Shown here in pieces: positions 19,701 through 29,730 of a DNA stretch of 64,000 nt. The notes beneath the pieces are model-generated. The model was not told the DNA's origin. It saw nothing but the letters and a program-made list of their open reading frames with translations, and did no database searches. Source of the stretch: an uncultured cyanobacterium (GTDB lineage Bacteria > Cyanobacteriota > Cyanobacteriia > Cyanobacteriales > Nostocaceae); NCBI GenBank assembly GCA_963740315.1, contig CAVUDP010000001.1, positions 416,001 to 480,000 of the forward strand, given 5' to 3'. Positions within the stretch are counted from its first letter, which is position 1. Every line of letters starts with the position of its first letter. Both the position numbers and the translations under genes were made by a program.

Positions 19701-22700
19701 TGCCGTTGCTCGTTCAATTGTTAGTTTATTTCCAGTCCATGCGATCGCCGCATTAATTGGTTTCTCAAATCCCGGAATTCCCTGTGAAAACTGCACGTTA
19801 CCCGCTGCCCGCACGTCAGCTAAACTAGGATTTAAGTTTCCTGCAACTTGTAAATTACCAGCAAATTTACCCCGCAAGCGTCGATCTAATTTGTTTAATT
19901 CAATACCCGCAGCATTTACTAAAGCTTGATAGCGTCCGTTTGTAAGTTGAATATTTGACGCTGTTATATTACCGCTTGCTGTATTTATCGCAGCTTTCCC
20001 CGATGCAGTTAAATCCGACAAAGAATTTACCGAACCTGCAACGTTAAATTGTCCGGTTAAACTTCCAGCTAAACTCGGAAGTATTTGTGGTGCGAATTGA
20101 CGTATTCGTACTTGATTCGCTGCTATTTGTGCTTGATATTTGCCGTTATTAACTAAAATATTCGACGCTGTAATCTTACCAGTTGCGGCATTTATGGAAG
20201 CATTTCCAGATACAGTTAATTCTTCAAAAGATTTCGTTGAACCTGCAATGTCAAAATTTCCTGTTAATCTTCCTTGAAACGACTTGGGAATTTGTGGTGA
20301 TAGCTGCTGCACAAGCACATTATTCGCTGCAACTTTAGCTTGATACTTGCCGTTATTAACCAAAATATTCGATGCTGCAATTCTTCCACCAGCAGTATTT
20401 ATCAAAGCATTCCCCGATGCAGTTAAATCGGACAAGGAATTTACCGAACCTGCAACGTCAAAATTCCCGGTTAACTTTCCTTGAAAAGATTTAGGAATTT
20501 GCGGTGACAACTGCTGCACCTCTACCTGATTTGCAGCAACTTTAGCTTGATATTTTCCGTTATTAACTACAATATTCGACGCTGCAATCTTGCCACCTGC
20601 GGTATTTATAGCAGCATTTCCAGATACGGTTAATTCTTCAAAGGATTTCGTTGAACCTGCAACGTTAAAATTCCCAGTTAATCTTCCTTGAAACGACTTG
20701 GGAATTTGCGGTGATAGCTGTTGCACAAGCACATTATTCGCTGCAACTTTAGCTTGATATCTTCCCCTCGCAAACTGGATATCCGAAGCTGTAATTTTAC
20801 CAGCAGCAGTATTTAGATTTGCTTTCCCCGACACAATTAAGTTTTCTGGATCGAAAGATGATACGGAACCCGCAACGTTAAATTGTCCGGTTAATCTTCC
20901 TTGAAACGACTTTGGTATTTGCGGCGACAATTCTTGAACTCTGACATTATTTGTCGCAACTTGAGCTAAATAAACCCCATCTTTTACTTGAATATTATTC
21001 GCGGTAACAATACCACCTGCGGTATTTATTTTCGCCTTACCCGTTGCGACTATACTTTCGGGTTGAAAAGAATCCACGGAGCCAGCAACGTCAAATTCTC
21101 CCGTTAATTTTCCTTGAAAAGATTTCGGTATTTGCTGCGACAACTGCTGCAACTGTAAGTTATTTGCCCGGATTTGTGCTAAATAAACACCGTCTTTAAC
21201 TACGATTTTATTCGCCGTAATCCTTCCCCCAGCGGCAGCAAAACTAGCATCGCCTCGAACGTTCAAAGTTTTGGCATCAAAATTGTCTGTATTACCCGAT
21301 ACTTGAAACTTGCCACTCAAAGGAGCATCAAAAGGTAAATTAGAATTTTTCAATAAACGCCCTACTTGAACCCCAGAAGCTACCAACTCAGCAGAAAACC
21401 TTTGCTCGTCAAACTTGACAGAATTAACAGCAACCGTACCCCCACCAACTCTGATATTGGCGTTTTCGGTACGAATTTGAGCAATTTTAAACGGCGTTGA
21501 ACTTCCCGAAACAATAACTTTACCGTTAAAATTAGCGCGATCGAGATTAACTTTTTGCAGCTGTTCCTTATTTAAAAACTGGTTGACTTGTATACCCTTA
21601 GTATTTGCTACAGCCTGCCAGCGCTGTTGATTCCAACTACCGTTCGCTAAAGCCGTACCGCCAGCCACAGCCAAAGCGACATTACGGAATGACAAACTGC
21701 GATCGCGATTAACTATTACTTCACCCGTGGCGGGATAAGTTGCTCTTGGAGCGTTAAATTTAACTAAGGTACGAATAGTTTCAGGATTTCCACTCAAATT
21801 AGCTGTTGCTGCGACGGTACCAACTTGAAATGAAGGCGTAGGAATATTGTAAATCTGGGCTAAACGATCTCCGGGTGCATTACTTGTGCGAAAATTAAAA
21901 TCAACTTGGGTTTTTCTGCCTATATTATCGTCGCCAATTAAAACTTTACCCGCACCTCGAACTTCACCACCGACAGCAGCAGTACCGCGAATATCTGTAA
22001 AAGTAACCGTTGAATCGGCTGTGATAAAAGCAAATTTACCGCTAGCAGTTTTTAATTGAACTTTATCGACAATTCCAGGTTTAACAGTGGCAACGGTACC
22101 GGAAATAATTGGTTTGGTAATATCCCCCGTCATCGATAAATCACCTTTTACAACTCCACCGACGGGTAAAGGCGATTGAATATCGAGAGTTTGTAAACTA
22201 TCGTTGACGCTGACTGCATTGACGCGAGCAGTCAAATCGTAACCCTTTTGAAAATCAATGGTGCCGCCACCACTCAAAGGAATTTTACCGTAACTGGTAA
22301 CTACATCATTTAGTTTTACTTTCGTGCCATCAAACTGCAAATTTCCTTGAGAATTAACCAGCGGTTTCGGCATTCGGGCTACTTGGAAATCTAATCCTTC
22401 GACGCGAGCGTTGCCGTATAATAAAGGCTGTTTTTCTTCTCCAGCCGGTAATTTTACCTGCAAATTCCCATTAATTTTTCCCCCTTTCAACTTAACTGGT
22501 AGCTTGACAAGAGGCGTAACTTCTGAAGCTAATAAATCTTGTGCCTGTATCTGTAAATCACCCGTTTTAGTTTTAATCCCAACGTTTCCCTTCACGGAAA
22601 GATTACCAGTACGTCCCGGTTTCCCCCCGACTTCAAACCGAACCACTTGATAATTATCAATAAATTTCGCGTAACCATTGAGTTCTGAAAAAACCACCTT

Positions 22701-23273
22701 TGGGGAAGAAACGGGAAGCGGGGATGGAGGAATTGTTTTTTTCTTATTGTCCCCGTCCACAAACGGGATTAATGCTACATTCCCATTACGCAGACGAACT
22801 TGGTCTATATCTATTGCAATTGGTCCGGGTTCTTCGGGTAGCACGATATTAGTAGTAATCCAGCGCCCTTGTTTGTCTTCTTCGACATAACCAACCGGGT
22901 TGACTAAAGTTACATCTAGCTTTAATCTACGATCGAAGAGTAATTTTAGCGGGTCAAATCCCACTTCTATCGCATCAGCTTTAACTCGATCGGGATCGGA
23001 TGCTGTCGCCGGAACCGTTGAAGCTCCAAACCTGACTCCAGTAAGCGAAAATCCTTCGACTTTCCCCAATTTAAGCGGGCGATCGATAATCGATGTGAGA
23101 TTTTTTTCTACTAAAGGTGCTAAATCTTTTTGAATAAAACTCTGTAGTTGCCAGACACCTCCGACGATTCCGACAAGGGACAATCCGCCCAAAGCCAATC
23201 CACCGCGACTAAGTAGCAACCCAAGACGCTTGCGATTTACGGATTTAGTTTTATTACAGGAAAGATTGGTCAT
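16758..23273 (-). CDS. tamB: TamB/AsmA-like translocation and assembly module protein with internal 69-aa repeats
   Basis: N-terminal TM anchor, beta-rich body, C-terminal DUF490-like region ending VEYQRRF. Confidence 0.9.
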   Translation of the reverse strand: MTNLSCNKTKSVNRKRLGLLLSRGGLALGGLSLVGIVGGVWQLQSFIQKDLAPLVEKNLTSIIDRPLKLGKVEGFSLTGVRFGASTVPATASDPDRVKADAIEVGFDPLKLLFDRRLKLDVTLVNPVGYVEEDKQGRWITTNIVLPEEPGPIAIDIDQVRLRNGNVALIPFVDGDNKKKTIPPSPLPVSSPKVVFSELNGYAKFIDNYQVVRFEVGGKPGRTGNLSVKGNVGIKTKTGDLQIQAQDLLASEVTPLVKLPVKLKGGKINGNLQVKLPAGEEKQPLLYGNARVEGLDFQVARMPKPLVNSQGNLQFDGTKVKLNDVVTSYGKIPLSGGGTIDFQKGYDLTARVNAVSVNDSLQTLDIQSPLPVGGVVKGDLSMTGDITKPIISGTVATVKPGIVDKVQLKTASGKFAFITADSTVTFTDIRGTAAVGGEVRGAGKVLIGDDNIGRKTQVDFNFRTSNAPGDRLAQIYNIPTPSFQVGTVAATANLSGNPETIRTLVKFNAPRATYPATGEVIVNRDRSLSFRNVALAVAGGTALANGSWNQQRWQAVANTKGIQVNQFLNKEQLQKVNLDRANFNGKVIVSGSSTPFKIAQIRTENANIRVGGGTVAVNSVKFDEQRFSAELVASGVQVGRLLKNSNLPFDAPLSGKFQVSGNTDNFDAKTLNVRGDASFAAAGGRITANKIVVKDGVYLAQIRANNLQLQQLSQQIPKSFQGKLTGEFDVAGSVDSFQPESIVATGKAKINTAGGIVTANNIQVKDGVYLAQVATNNVRVQELSPQIPKSFQGRLTGQFNVAGSVSSFDPENLIVSGKANLNTAAGKITASDIQFARGRYQAKVAANNVLVQQLSPQIPKSFQGRLTGNFNVAGSTKSFEELTVSGNAAINTAGGKIAASNIVVNNGKYQAKVAANQVEVQQLSPQIPKSFQGKLTGNFDVAGSVNSLSDLTASGNALINTAGGRIAASNILVNNGKYQAKVAANNVLVQQLSPQIPKSFQGRLTGNFDIAGSTKSFEELTVSGNASINAATGKITASNILVNNGKYQAQIAANQVRIRQFAPQILPSLAGSLTGQFNVAGSVNSLSDLTASGKAAINTASGNITASNIQLTNGRYQALVNAAGIELNKLDRRLRGKFAGNLQVAGNLNPSLADVRAAGNVQFSQGIPGFEKPINAAIAWTGNKLTIERATAPGLNVSGDILANAKGTGIPEITQLNLNVQASNFDLQQLPVESNAVNVAGKVDFNGRITGKLPLPNVVGQLALKDFVVNDVAFEPVLAGNVKSQQGSGLQLNVAGKQDQIAVNLNANNRPESFLVKRGEAFASGQSQGDILALNVKAFPLQLLKLPLPVNRYLGSGKIAGTFDGNVRVNQKTFATASGNIAVQNPEIGRLKGDRLVANFNYNGKKLIINRGEFFKGESSYIVAGSVTQTSTAPQIQGKLNIKQGKVQDVLTALQIYELQDIQRGLEEPTYGKANQLETTAVGLPNRTLLTQLRRYSEIKRLLALQKQQRRDASPFPELADLKGTFNAEVSLDTTEAKGINTQFNLQGEDFSWGTEEDPERYSAKKVIAQGSFENGILRLTPLRIESTNRLLSFSGAIGGKEQYGTLQVNNFPLDVINNFVNLPIGLTGNLNGRAAIAGSIENPLTKGELTITNGTLNQKGIESAAASFGYSNGRLRFASNVMVNDSEPVDINGSIPYKLPFASVTSDSNQINLDVNVKNEGLAVLNLFTDQVSFETGEGEVKLTVRGTLQEPVVNGNAILNNATFSALALPENLTNVTGKVQFDFDTILVENLQGDFSRGKVVARGEIPIYDDKLIQINNPLSVTLNKLAINLKGIYQGGVGGNVVLKGSALNPIVSGNVNLNNGLVLLPEGDVSNAADNSSGIKRIKAIKQTDPDENTRGKFDNLQLTLGKKVKIERPPIISIQASGNLNVNGTFSNPIPVGTLKLNKGGVNLFTTQFNLARGEKNTATFRVNQPRDPILDISLFAKVLDVIQSSDFSKPNATGLAALETVRVEANVNGPASKLNENLELKSSPAREENEIVALLGGGFDSEGGNSTIGLLNIAGSAVLGNLQTTFNQIGTAFGLDELRVFPTIISDNPEAGKSSSSVELAAEAGVDITNRISVSALKILTADDPFQWGINYRLKDKIRLRGSTNFEDDSRAVVEYQRRF

Positions 23274-23796
23274 TTGATGTTATTTCTGACTGTAGAGTAC
23301 AGCAACCAACACGGCGGTATAACGTTCCTAGCACTCAAGAAGGCTGTAAACTTTTCTAGGATAACTCTCACGGCGAGAACACCAAGAATCAAGAATATTG
23401 ATAAAAGAATATGTAATTGCTCTATTAGGATGCGCCTTGTAGTAATTTGTTCTAAGACGCGCAATCAACGTCAGAATTTTGAAGTAAACTTCTTGACTTT
23501 CTCGCGCAACCTATAAGTTTAAGAGTTTTTTCTAGGAACGAAATTGGTCTAACCCAGTTGTAGCAATAATTTTAAACAATTAAAAACCTATAACTAAAAT
23601 TGAAACGGTACCGGGGCTAAAGCAATACAGTTATTCCCTGAGAAAAAGATTGGTATGCCTGCTGATATTATCGTCAAAATAAAAGTATATTCAGGAAAAT
23701 GTTAAGAAAGCAGGAATTATTACCTCGACTTTCCCCCAAGTGCATCCTAGAACTTTAATATGGATAGAAGCCAAACAAAAGGACAGGTGATTACAG

Positions 23797-24186
23797 ATGG
23801 GGCGCGTTTTTGTGTTACTCTTTAATGCCCGTACAGAGAATGAGGGAATTCATACAGTTCGGATTGGCGATCGCAATAAAGTGCTGATGTTTGAATCCGA
23901 AGATGACGCTACGCGCTTTGCGTTGATGCTGGAAGCGCAAGATTTTCCTTCTCCCGCAGTTGAACCGATGGATCTTGAAGAAATCAAGCATTTTTGTGAA
24001 AGTGCTGATTATGACTACGAAGTCGTTCCTACTGACGGGGATTTAGTAGTTCCTCCAGAACAAAACGTTGATGAAATGGATTGGCGTCAAGAAGGTTCGA
24101 CTGAAACCAAACCAGAACAAGAGCAAGGAGAAATGTCAAATTCGGAACTAGATAGTATCCGTCGCAAATTGGAAGGATTGTTGTAA
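23797..24186 (+). CDS. DUF3110 family protein
   Basis: VFVLLFNARTENEGIH...FESEDDATRFALMLEAQDF...RRKLEGLL. Confidence 0.85.
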   Translation: MGRVFVLLFNARTENEGIHTVRIGDRNKVLMFESEDDATRFALMLEAQDFPSPAVEPMDLEEIKHFCESADYDYEVVPTDGDLVVPPEQNVDEMDWRQEGSTETKPEQEQGEMSNSELDSIRRKLEGLL

Positions 24187-24265
24187 AAAGTTATTATTCA
24201 CTTGTCATTTGTCCTCGGATGAAGGGCAAATGACAAATGACATAAAGCAAGGATAAATAAAACAC

Positions 24266-25177
24266 ATGACATTGCAAGAGCGCGGACATTTACTAACCGA
24301 ACAAGTTAATCCCGATAGTCTTAATTTAGACAAATTAAGTAGCATCGAATTTGTTGAACTATTTAATCGTGAAGACGCAAAAGCAGTTGCTGCTGTTTCT
24401 GCTGCTAAAGAGGATTTAGCTAAAGCAATTGATTTGACAGCCCAAAGCCTTAAAAAAGGTGGACGCTTATTTTACGTCGGTGCGGGAACTTCCGGTAGAT
24501 TGGGAGTCTTAGATGCTGCTGAATGTCCGCCGACTTTTTGCACTCCTCCCGAACTAGTCCAAGGTATAATCGCTGGCGGTGCGGGAGCATTAGTACGCAG
24601 TTCCGAAGACTTAGAAGATCGCTCCCAAGACGGTGAAGCTGCGATCGCTCAACGAGAAGTTACTCAGCTTGATGTGGTAGTAGGCATTACCGCAGGTGGA
24701 ACTACTCCTTTTGTCCACGGCGCTATTAATGCAGCTAACAGCCGAGGCGCTACTACTATATTTATTGCTTGCGTTCCCTCCGAGCAAGTCAGCGTACAAG
24801 CAGATGTTGATATTCGCTTGCTCACCGGACCCGAAATATTAGCCGGTTCCACTCGCCTCAAAGCCGGTACCGCCACGAAATTAACTTTAAATATTCTTTC
24901 TACCGGCGTTATGGTCAAACTTGGCAAAGTTTACGGTAATCGCATGGTAGATGTCGCAGTTACCAATCAAAAGTTACGCGATCGCGCTTTACGAATTTTG
25001 CAAGATTTAACAAGTTTGACTCGCGAAACTGCTGACGTTTTACTCGAACGTAGCGGTAAATGGGTCAAGTTAGCAATTTTGATGCACGAAACGGGTTTAG
25101 ATAAAGAACAAGGCGATAAACTCATCAAGCAACACCAGGGAAATCTCAGAGAAGCAATTGAAGCAAACAAGCTTTAA
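24266..25177 (+). CDS. murQ: N-acetylmuramic acid 6-phosphate etherase
   Basis: GAGTSGRLGVLDAAECPPTF, GPEILAGSTRLKAGTATK. Confidence 0.97.
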   Translation: MTLQERGHLLTEQVNPDSLNLDKLSSIEFVELFNREDAKAVAAVSAAKEDLAKAIDLTAQSLKKGGRLFYVGAGTSGRLGVLDAAECPPTFCTPPELVQGIIAGGAGALVRSSEDLEDRSQDGEAAIAQREVTQLDVVVGITAGGTTPFVHGAINAANSRGATTIFIACVPSEQVSVQADVDIRLLTGPEILAGSTRLKAGTATKLTLNILSTGVMVKLGKVYGNRMVDVAVTNQKLRDRALRILQDLTSLTRETADVLLERSGKWVKLAILMHETGLDKEQGDKLIKQHQGNLREAIEANKL

Positions 25178-25641
25178 TCAAGTTGTTGTGGGATGGGCTT
25201 CAAGCCCGTCCTCTTCTGCTGCGTAGAAGCCCGCGCCTTGAGTATCCGTTACACAAATACAGCTTGTCAAACTGTGTGAACATATGTTACACAGGAAATA
25301 TATTTAAGATTTTCTTTACAAACAGTCTTTTGAACTAAAAATCATTGCTTATAAATCTTTCTCACGTACAAGAAATGAATTGTAAGCCTTGAAATCCCTT
25401 GAATCTATCAAAAATAAGCGGGTTTGCGTCCTATTAAATGCAAAGCAAATAACTTGTTAATATAGTTTTTATTCGCAACGCTATCGTAGCAGCATTTTTG
25501 ACTCTAAAATTATTTACTGTCAGTACTTTTACTTATAAAAAATTGGGATACGCAAGGCAACCAATGCGTAAAAACTCTGTTGGCGTTTCAAAATTGCCCA
25601 AAGATAATCAGAAGTGCAGTTATCCAAAGAACTAATAAATT

Positions 25642-26103
25642 ATGTCACGTCCAGAACTTGGGGAATTTTCCAGTATTGTTTGCTTTAAAGCAGCCATTAC
25701 TGGCATGGAAGAAGCATTAGGAGAAAAAGCAACTGCGATCGCACTAATCGCAGCAGGGCGCAGTCGCGGTAAAAACCTTGCTAAAGAGTTAGGTTTGACA
25801 GGAGCTAGTATTGAGTGGGATGTAATTGCAGATAAAATAGGTTTCGCATTAGGTGTGAATGGAACCAAACTCTGCATAATCGAAAGTATTGTTGAAGAAG
25901 GCGATCTAATTAAAGTTGCTACCTCTGAAACCTTATGTTCTGCTGGCGAACCTGAAGGTTCACCTCGTAAATGCACATTTACTTTAGGTGCAGTTTGGGG
26001 AGCTTTGGAAGAAATTACTGGTAAGCGCTTGAGAGGTACTCATACCGAATGCGTGCTTCGTGGTGGAAATAACGACGTTTTTGAGTTTGCACCTTTGGTA
26101 TAA
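25642..26103 (+). CDS. Stand-alone V4R-like small-ligand-binding protein
   Basis: ETLCSAGE...CTFTLGAVWGALE...GTHTECVLRG....FEF V4R signature. Confidence 0.8.
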   Translation: MSRPELGEFSSIVCFKAAITGMEEALGEKATAIALIAAGRSRGKNLAKELGLTGASIEWDVIADKIGFALGVNGTKLCIIESIVEEGDLIKVATSETLCSAGEPEGSPRKCTFTLGAVWGALEEITGKRLRGTHTECVLRGGNNDVFEFAPLV

Positions 26104-26160
26104 GTAAGGCTTTTAAATTTTCAATTAATTAACTCAATAAAAATAATAAGGACAAAAAAA

Positions 26161-26532
26161 ATGCCTATTAATGCAGGTAAGATTGAAAGTATCTTGCAAA
26201 ATTTTGTAAGTGGTACTAATGACATTCAAGGAGCAACACTTGTTTCTCCCGATGGTTTATCTTTGGCTACAGTATTGCCAAGTGCGATGGATGATGAGAA
26301 AGTATCAGCCATGTCTGCGGCGATGCTCTCTTTGGGCGAACGTATAGGTAGTGAATTATCTAGAGGTAGTATAGACCGTATTTTCGTTGAAGGCGATAAA
26401 GGCTACGGTGTATTAACTAACTGCGGTGATGATGCTGTATTGCTAGTATTAGCAAGCCAATCAGCTAAACAAGGTTTGTTAATGCTAGAAATCAAACGTC
26501 TTACAGAAGAATTAAAGTTAGTCTTGATGTAA
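26161..26532 (+). CDS. Roadblock/LC7 (MglB-like) protein
   Basis: LVSPDGL, AMSAAMLSLGERI..EL.RG, VEGDKGY. Confidence 0.92.
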   Translation: MPINAGKIESILQNFVSGTNDIQGATLVSPDGLSLATVLPSAMDDEKVSAMSAAMLSLGERIGSELSRGSIDRIFVEGDKGYGVLTNCGDDAVLLVLASQSAKQGLLMLEIKRLTEELKLVLM

Positions 26533-26561
26533 TTTTGGTAGTTAAATTACCCAAAATATAT

Positions 26562-26654
26562 ATACCAATTTTAACAATTGAGATGGCAGATAGATTTTAG
26601 GAAACAATTATAATCCAAAACCCAAAATCTAAATTCCAAAATCTAAAATGGTAT
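26562..26654. repeat. Small MITE-like element with ATACCA(A)TTTT/AAAATGGTAT ends and internal heptamers
   Basis: Terminal inverted repeats flank CCAAAAT/CTAAAAT units. Confidence 0.55.
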
Positions 26655-26936
26655 TAATTTCGCTTATTTTCAATCCGATCGTGTCCGCGTTTGTTGCTTA
26701 TAATCGGGAAGAATAAAAAGTTAATTGAACTCTGAATACGACTAATTATAAACTTCCCCGTCAGCAAAAATACAAGTAATTAACCGGACATGATATAAGT
26801 TATCAGTTACGCCTTGAAGCAAGGTACATTGAACCGTGAATTTTGTCTTAAATAATTATAAGAGAAAGGAAAGTTCAATAAATATTATTGATAACTGGTT
26901 AAATCATCCTGTTGTCTATTTTTTTTAGCAAGTTCT

Positions 26937-27491
26937 ATGGAAATCATGCGTATGGTTGTTACTGGTCCTGTAGGGGCTGGTAAATCTACATTTATTCGTT
27001 CAGTTAGCGAAATTGAAACTGTAGATACAGACCGCAGAGCAACAGACGAAACTTCATTGCTCAAGCAGAAAACTACTGTTGCTTTTGATTTTGGTAGATT
27101 GCAGTTTAATCCAGATATGGCGCTGCATCTTTACGGTACACCAGGTCAAGAACGATTTAATTTTATCTGGGATATGTTAATTCGTAAGGCTCATGCTTAT
27201 ATAATATTAGTAGCGGCTCACAGACCGGGAGAATTTCGCTACGCTCGCCGAGTAATCTCTTACATGAATCAAAGAGCGCAAATTCCGATGGTTATTGGCT
27301 TAACTCATACGGATTGTCCCGGCGCATGGTCCCAAGAAAATGTCATCGCAGCTTTGGGTTATTACGACCATAATGCACAGCCTCCTATTGTATTAGTCAA
27401 TCCTAATGAAATGTCTTCTGTTGCTAATGCTGTAATTAGTTTAGTGCAATATTATGTACAACATTCTGCTTCAAAAGCAATGGTTGCATAA
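26937..27491 (+). CDS. MglA/CvnD-like small GTPase
   Basis: G1 GPVGAGKS, TTVAFDFG, G3 LYGTPGQERF, atypical G4 THTD. Confidence 0.92.
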   Translation: MEIMRMVVTGPVGAGKSTFIRSVSEIETVDTDRRATDETSLLKQKTTVAFDFGRLQFNPDMALHLYGTPGQERFNFIWDMLIRKAHAYIILVAAHRPGEFRYARRVISYMNQRAQIPMVIGLTHTDCPGAWSQENVIAALGYYDHNAQPPIVLVNPNEMSSVANAVISLVQYYVQHSASKAMVA

Positions 27492-27858
27492 TTCTATGTC
27501 TACCGTCTTAAGATATGAAAGTATTCTATGTGTATCATTAAATATTAATTAATTTTAGTAAAGAATATTATTTTCTCTAAGTCATTCCAGATTCATAAAT
27601 TTCAATTAAATAGTGATTTTGAGTCTGACTTATATAAATTTTTTTCTTTACTTCTCTTAATTTTTAGGAGAATATTTGATAGTTTACCTAAATATTTTTA
27701 TTTAATGAGAAGTAGCGTTTAATTTGCATGAATAGTAAAATATTTTGACTCAATTCGTGAACATTCATAATTGAAAGCATAAATTATGTTTAATCCAACT
27801 TTAACGAGCAAAATCAACGCTTAATATTACATAAAAAAACTATTTAACAAAGGAAGAT

Positions 27859-28887
27859 ATGGCATTTACTGGTTACTTATCTAAATTTTCTTTACCAGAA
27901 ATTTTTGAATTTTTAGAACAAGGTTACAAAACTGGCTTGCTTAGCATTCGTGCTTTAAAAGATAATCAAAATCAACAAGCTGAGAATCATTATATATGGC
28001 TGCGTCAAGGTCGTATTGTAGCCGCAGCAAATCGCTTAGATAATCAAGGTTTAATTTCGATGATTGCCCGGAGAGGCTGGGTGAGCGAGAGCTTAGCAAC
28101 AGAAAAGTTCCAAGCCAGTGGCTCAAGAATGGCAATGGGCTTGTGCCTTAAGTCTCAAGGTTTGCTTACGGCAGAACAATTAACGCTATTATTTCGTTCT
28201 CAAATAATGGGGCAAGTTTCTCCTCTATTTGAACTCGAAAATGGTAAGTTTGATTTTGATTTTCAGGCTGCCATGCCAACGGCAGAAATGACTGGCTTGA
28301 GTATGTTAACAAATGAAGCCACAATTAAAGGGTTACGGAGCCTGCGAAAATGGTCAGCATTAACAGCAAAGCTACCCAATCCTACTTCAGGTATTTCAAG
28401 GAAGATGGGGATTTTGCCTTCGTTACAATTGGATTCGCAAGAATCAAGAGTTTGGGAATACGCTAACGGTCAGACTTCTTTGGATGGAATAGCCTCGGAG
28501 CTAGTAATTCCTTTAGAAAAAGTACAGCAGATTGCTTTTAGATTAATTGTGAGCAATTTAGCAGAAGAAGCTTTTATCGTAGAGACTGTTAAAACGCCTA
28601 TTATTAGAGATACTCAAGAATTTGCCGATCTAGATTCTACAAATGGATTTGGCGAATTCACATCTGATGCATTTACAACAAATTTACCTACTTTTAATAG
28701 TCACAGTCAGGAACCTGCTTACGCTTTCAACGATAGCGAACGGGAAGTACAAGTTGAAACTAAGGGAGCAACACAAGCTGAGAATCAAATATTAGATCAA
28801 ATACCCGATCCTTCTAGTCAAATTAATGTAAGTCAGTCATTTTTACAAAATCTAGTTGGTTTTCTTAAAACAAAGGTTGAAACTTAA
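27859..28887 (+). CDS. DUF4388/PATAN domain protein without a receiver domain
   Basis: GYLSKFSLPEIFEFLEQGYKTGLL...GRIVAA; wHTH-like segment; acidic linker. Confidence 0.85.
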   Translation: MAFTGYLSKFSLPEIFEFLEQGYKTGLLSIRALKDNQNQQAENHYIWLRQGRIVAAANRLDNQGLISMIARRGWVSESLATEKFQASGSRMAMGLCLKSQGLLTAEQLTLLFRSQIMGQVSPLFELENGKFDFDFQAAMPTAEMTGLSMLTNEATIKGLRSLRKWSALTAKLPNPTSGISRKMGILPSLQLDSQESRVWEYANGQTSLDGIASELVIPLEKVQQIAFRLIVSNLAEEAFIVETVKTPIIRDTQEFADLDSTNGFGEFTSDAFTTNLPTFNSHSQEPAYAFNDSEREVQVETKGATQAENQILDQIPDPSSQINVSQSFLQNLVGFLKTKVET

Positions 28888-29730
28888 GACAACAATTTAT
28901 ATCTAGTTTGAATCATTATTTACAATCAAATTATAAAAAATAAGTTGGTTCGTTCCTTTTGGTAGGCTAACTTCTAGAATAGAGAAACTCAATATATAAT
29001 TTGGGAGGATCTATTCTATTTTTATAGATATTTATTCTTTCTGCTCAAATTATCATGTTCATGCTAATTAAATAGTAGTTCAAAAGCGTTGGGAACTGGG
29101 AAGTAGTGAATAAGAAAAAAAGACGTTCCCCGTTGATGAATGTTAATAATGGAGCGGAATAATCCTTATCTAATCTTTATTTTAGCGTACCTTCATCCTG
29201 AATAATATTAATTTGAATAATTTCATTCTTCATAGGTATTATCAGCAAAGAAGTAAAAGATTTTTTTATATTTTTACGCCTAGTTATTTTGATAATACTA
29301 CCCATTTTCAATACATAATATAAGAATACAATTAAGAATATTTGATGAATTATTTGATTAGCGATGTTAGCTCTAATCCGTACAAACAACCAACTTGTGA
29401 AAAACGAAAAATCAGAATATACACGGATTTAGTTATAGTGACAATCCTTTTAAGATGATATATAACCGGCTCGGTGCATCCGCTTATTAGGCTATAGCAA
29501 TTATCTTAATGATTCGTAGAATGCCCACAGATATATAAAGTTAAATAATTATTTTTCTTTCTGTAGATGTTCTCGAACTCAAACAAGAAATGTTATGACC
29601 AGTATTTCAAACTAGGGTAGCTATCCGGATTTGTTTGCTTGTTGAATTTTATTCAATAAAGTATCTCCTGACTGCTGTATAGCTAGTCTGGACAGTAAAA
29701 AGGAAGACCTATTAATAAAGGGAACAAAGT

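Noticed and set aside
23274..23516. Short ORFs in the tamB/DUF3110 divergent region
   Set aside because: Overlapping ORFs on both strands with no motifs or RBS; most likely promoter/UTR sequence.
29177..29389. 70-aa minus-strand ORF between DUF4388 and patA
   Set aside because: Very AT-rich, low-complexity translation, TTG start without an SD; probably regulatory DNA.
25540..29730. Hormogonium sigma-factor (SigJ/SigF-type) promoters for the taxis locus
   Set aside because: Only partial GGG-containing matches (for example GGGATAC ~25545, GGGTAGC ~29615); too weak to call.
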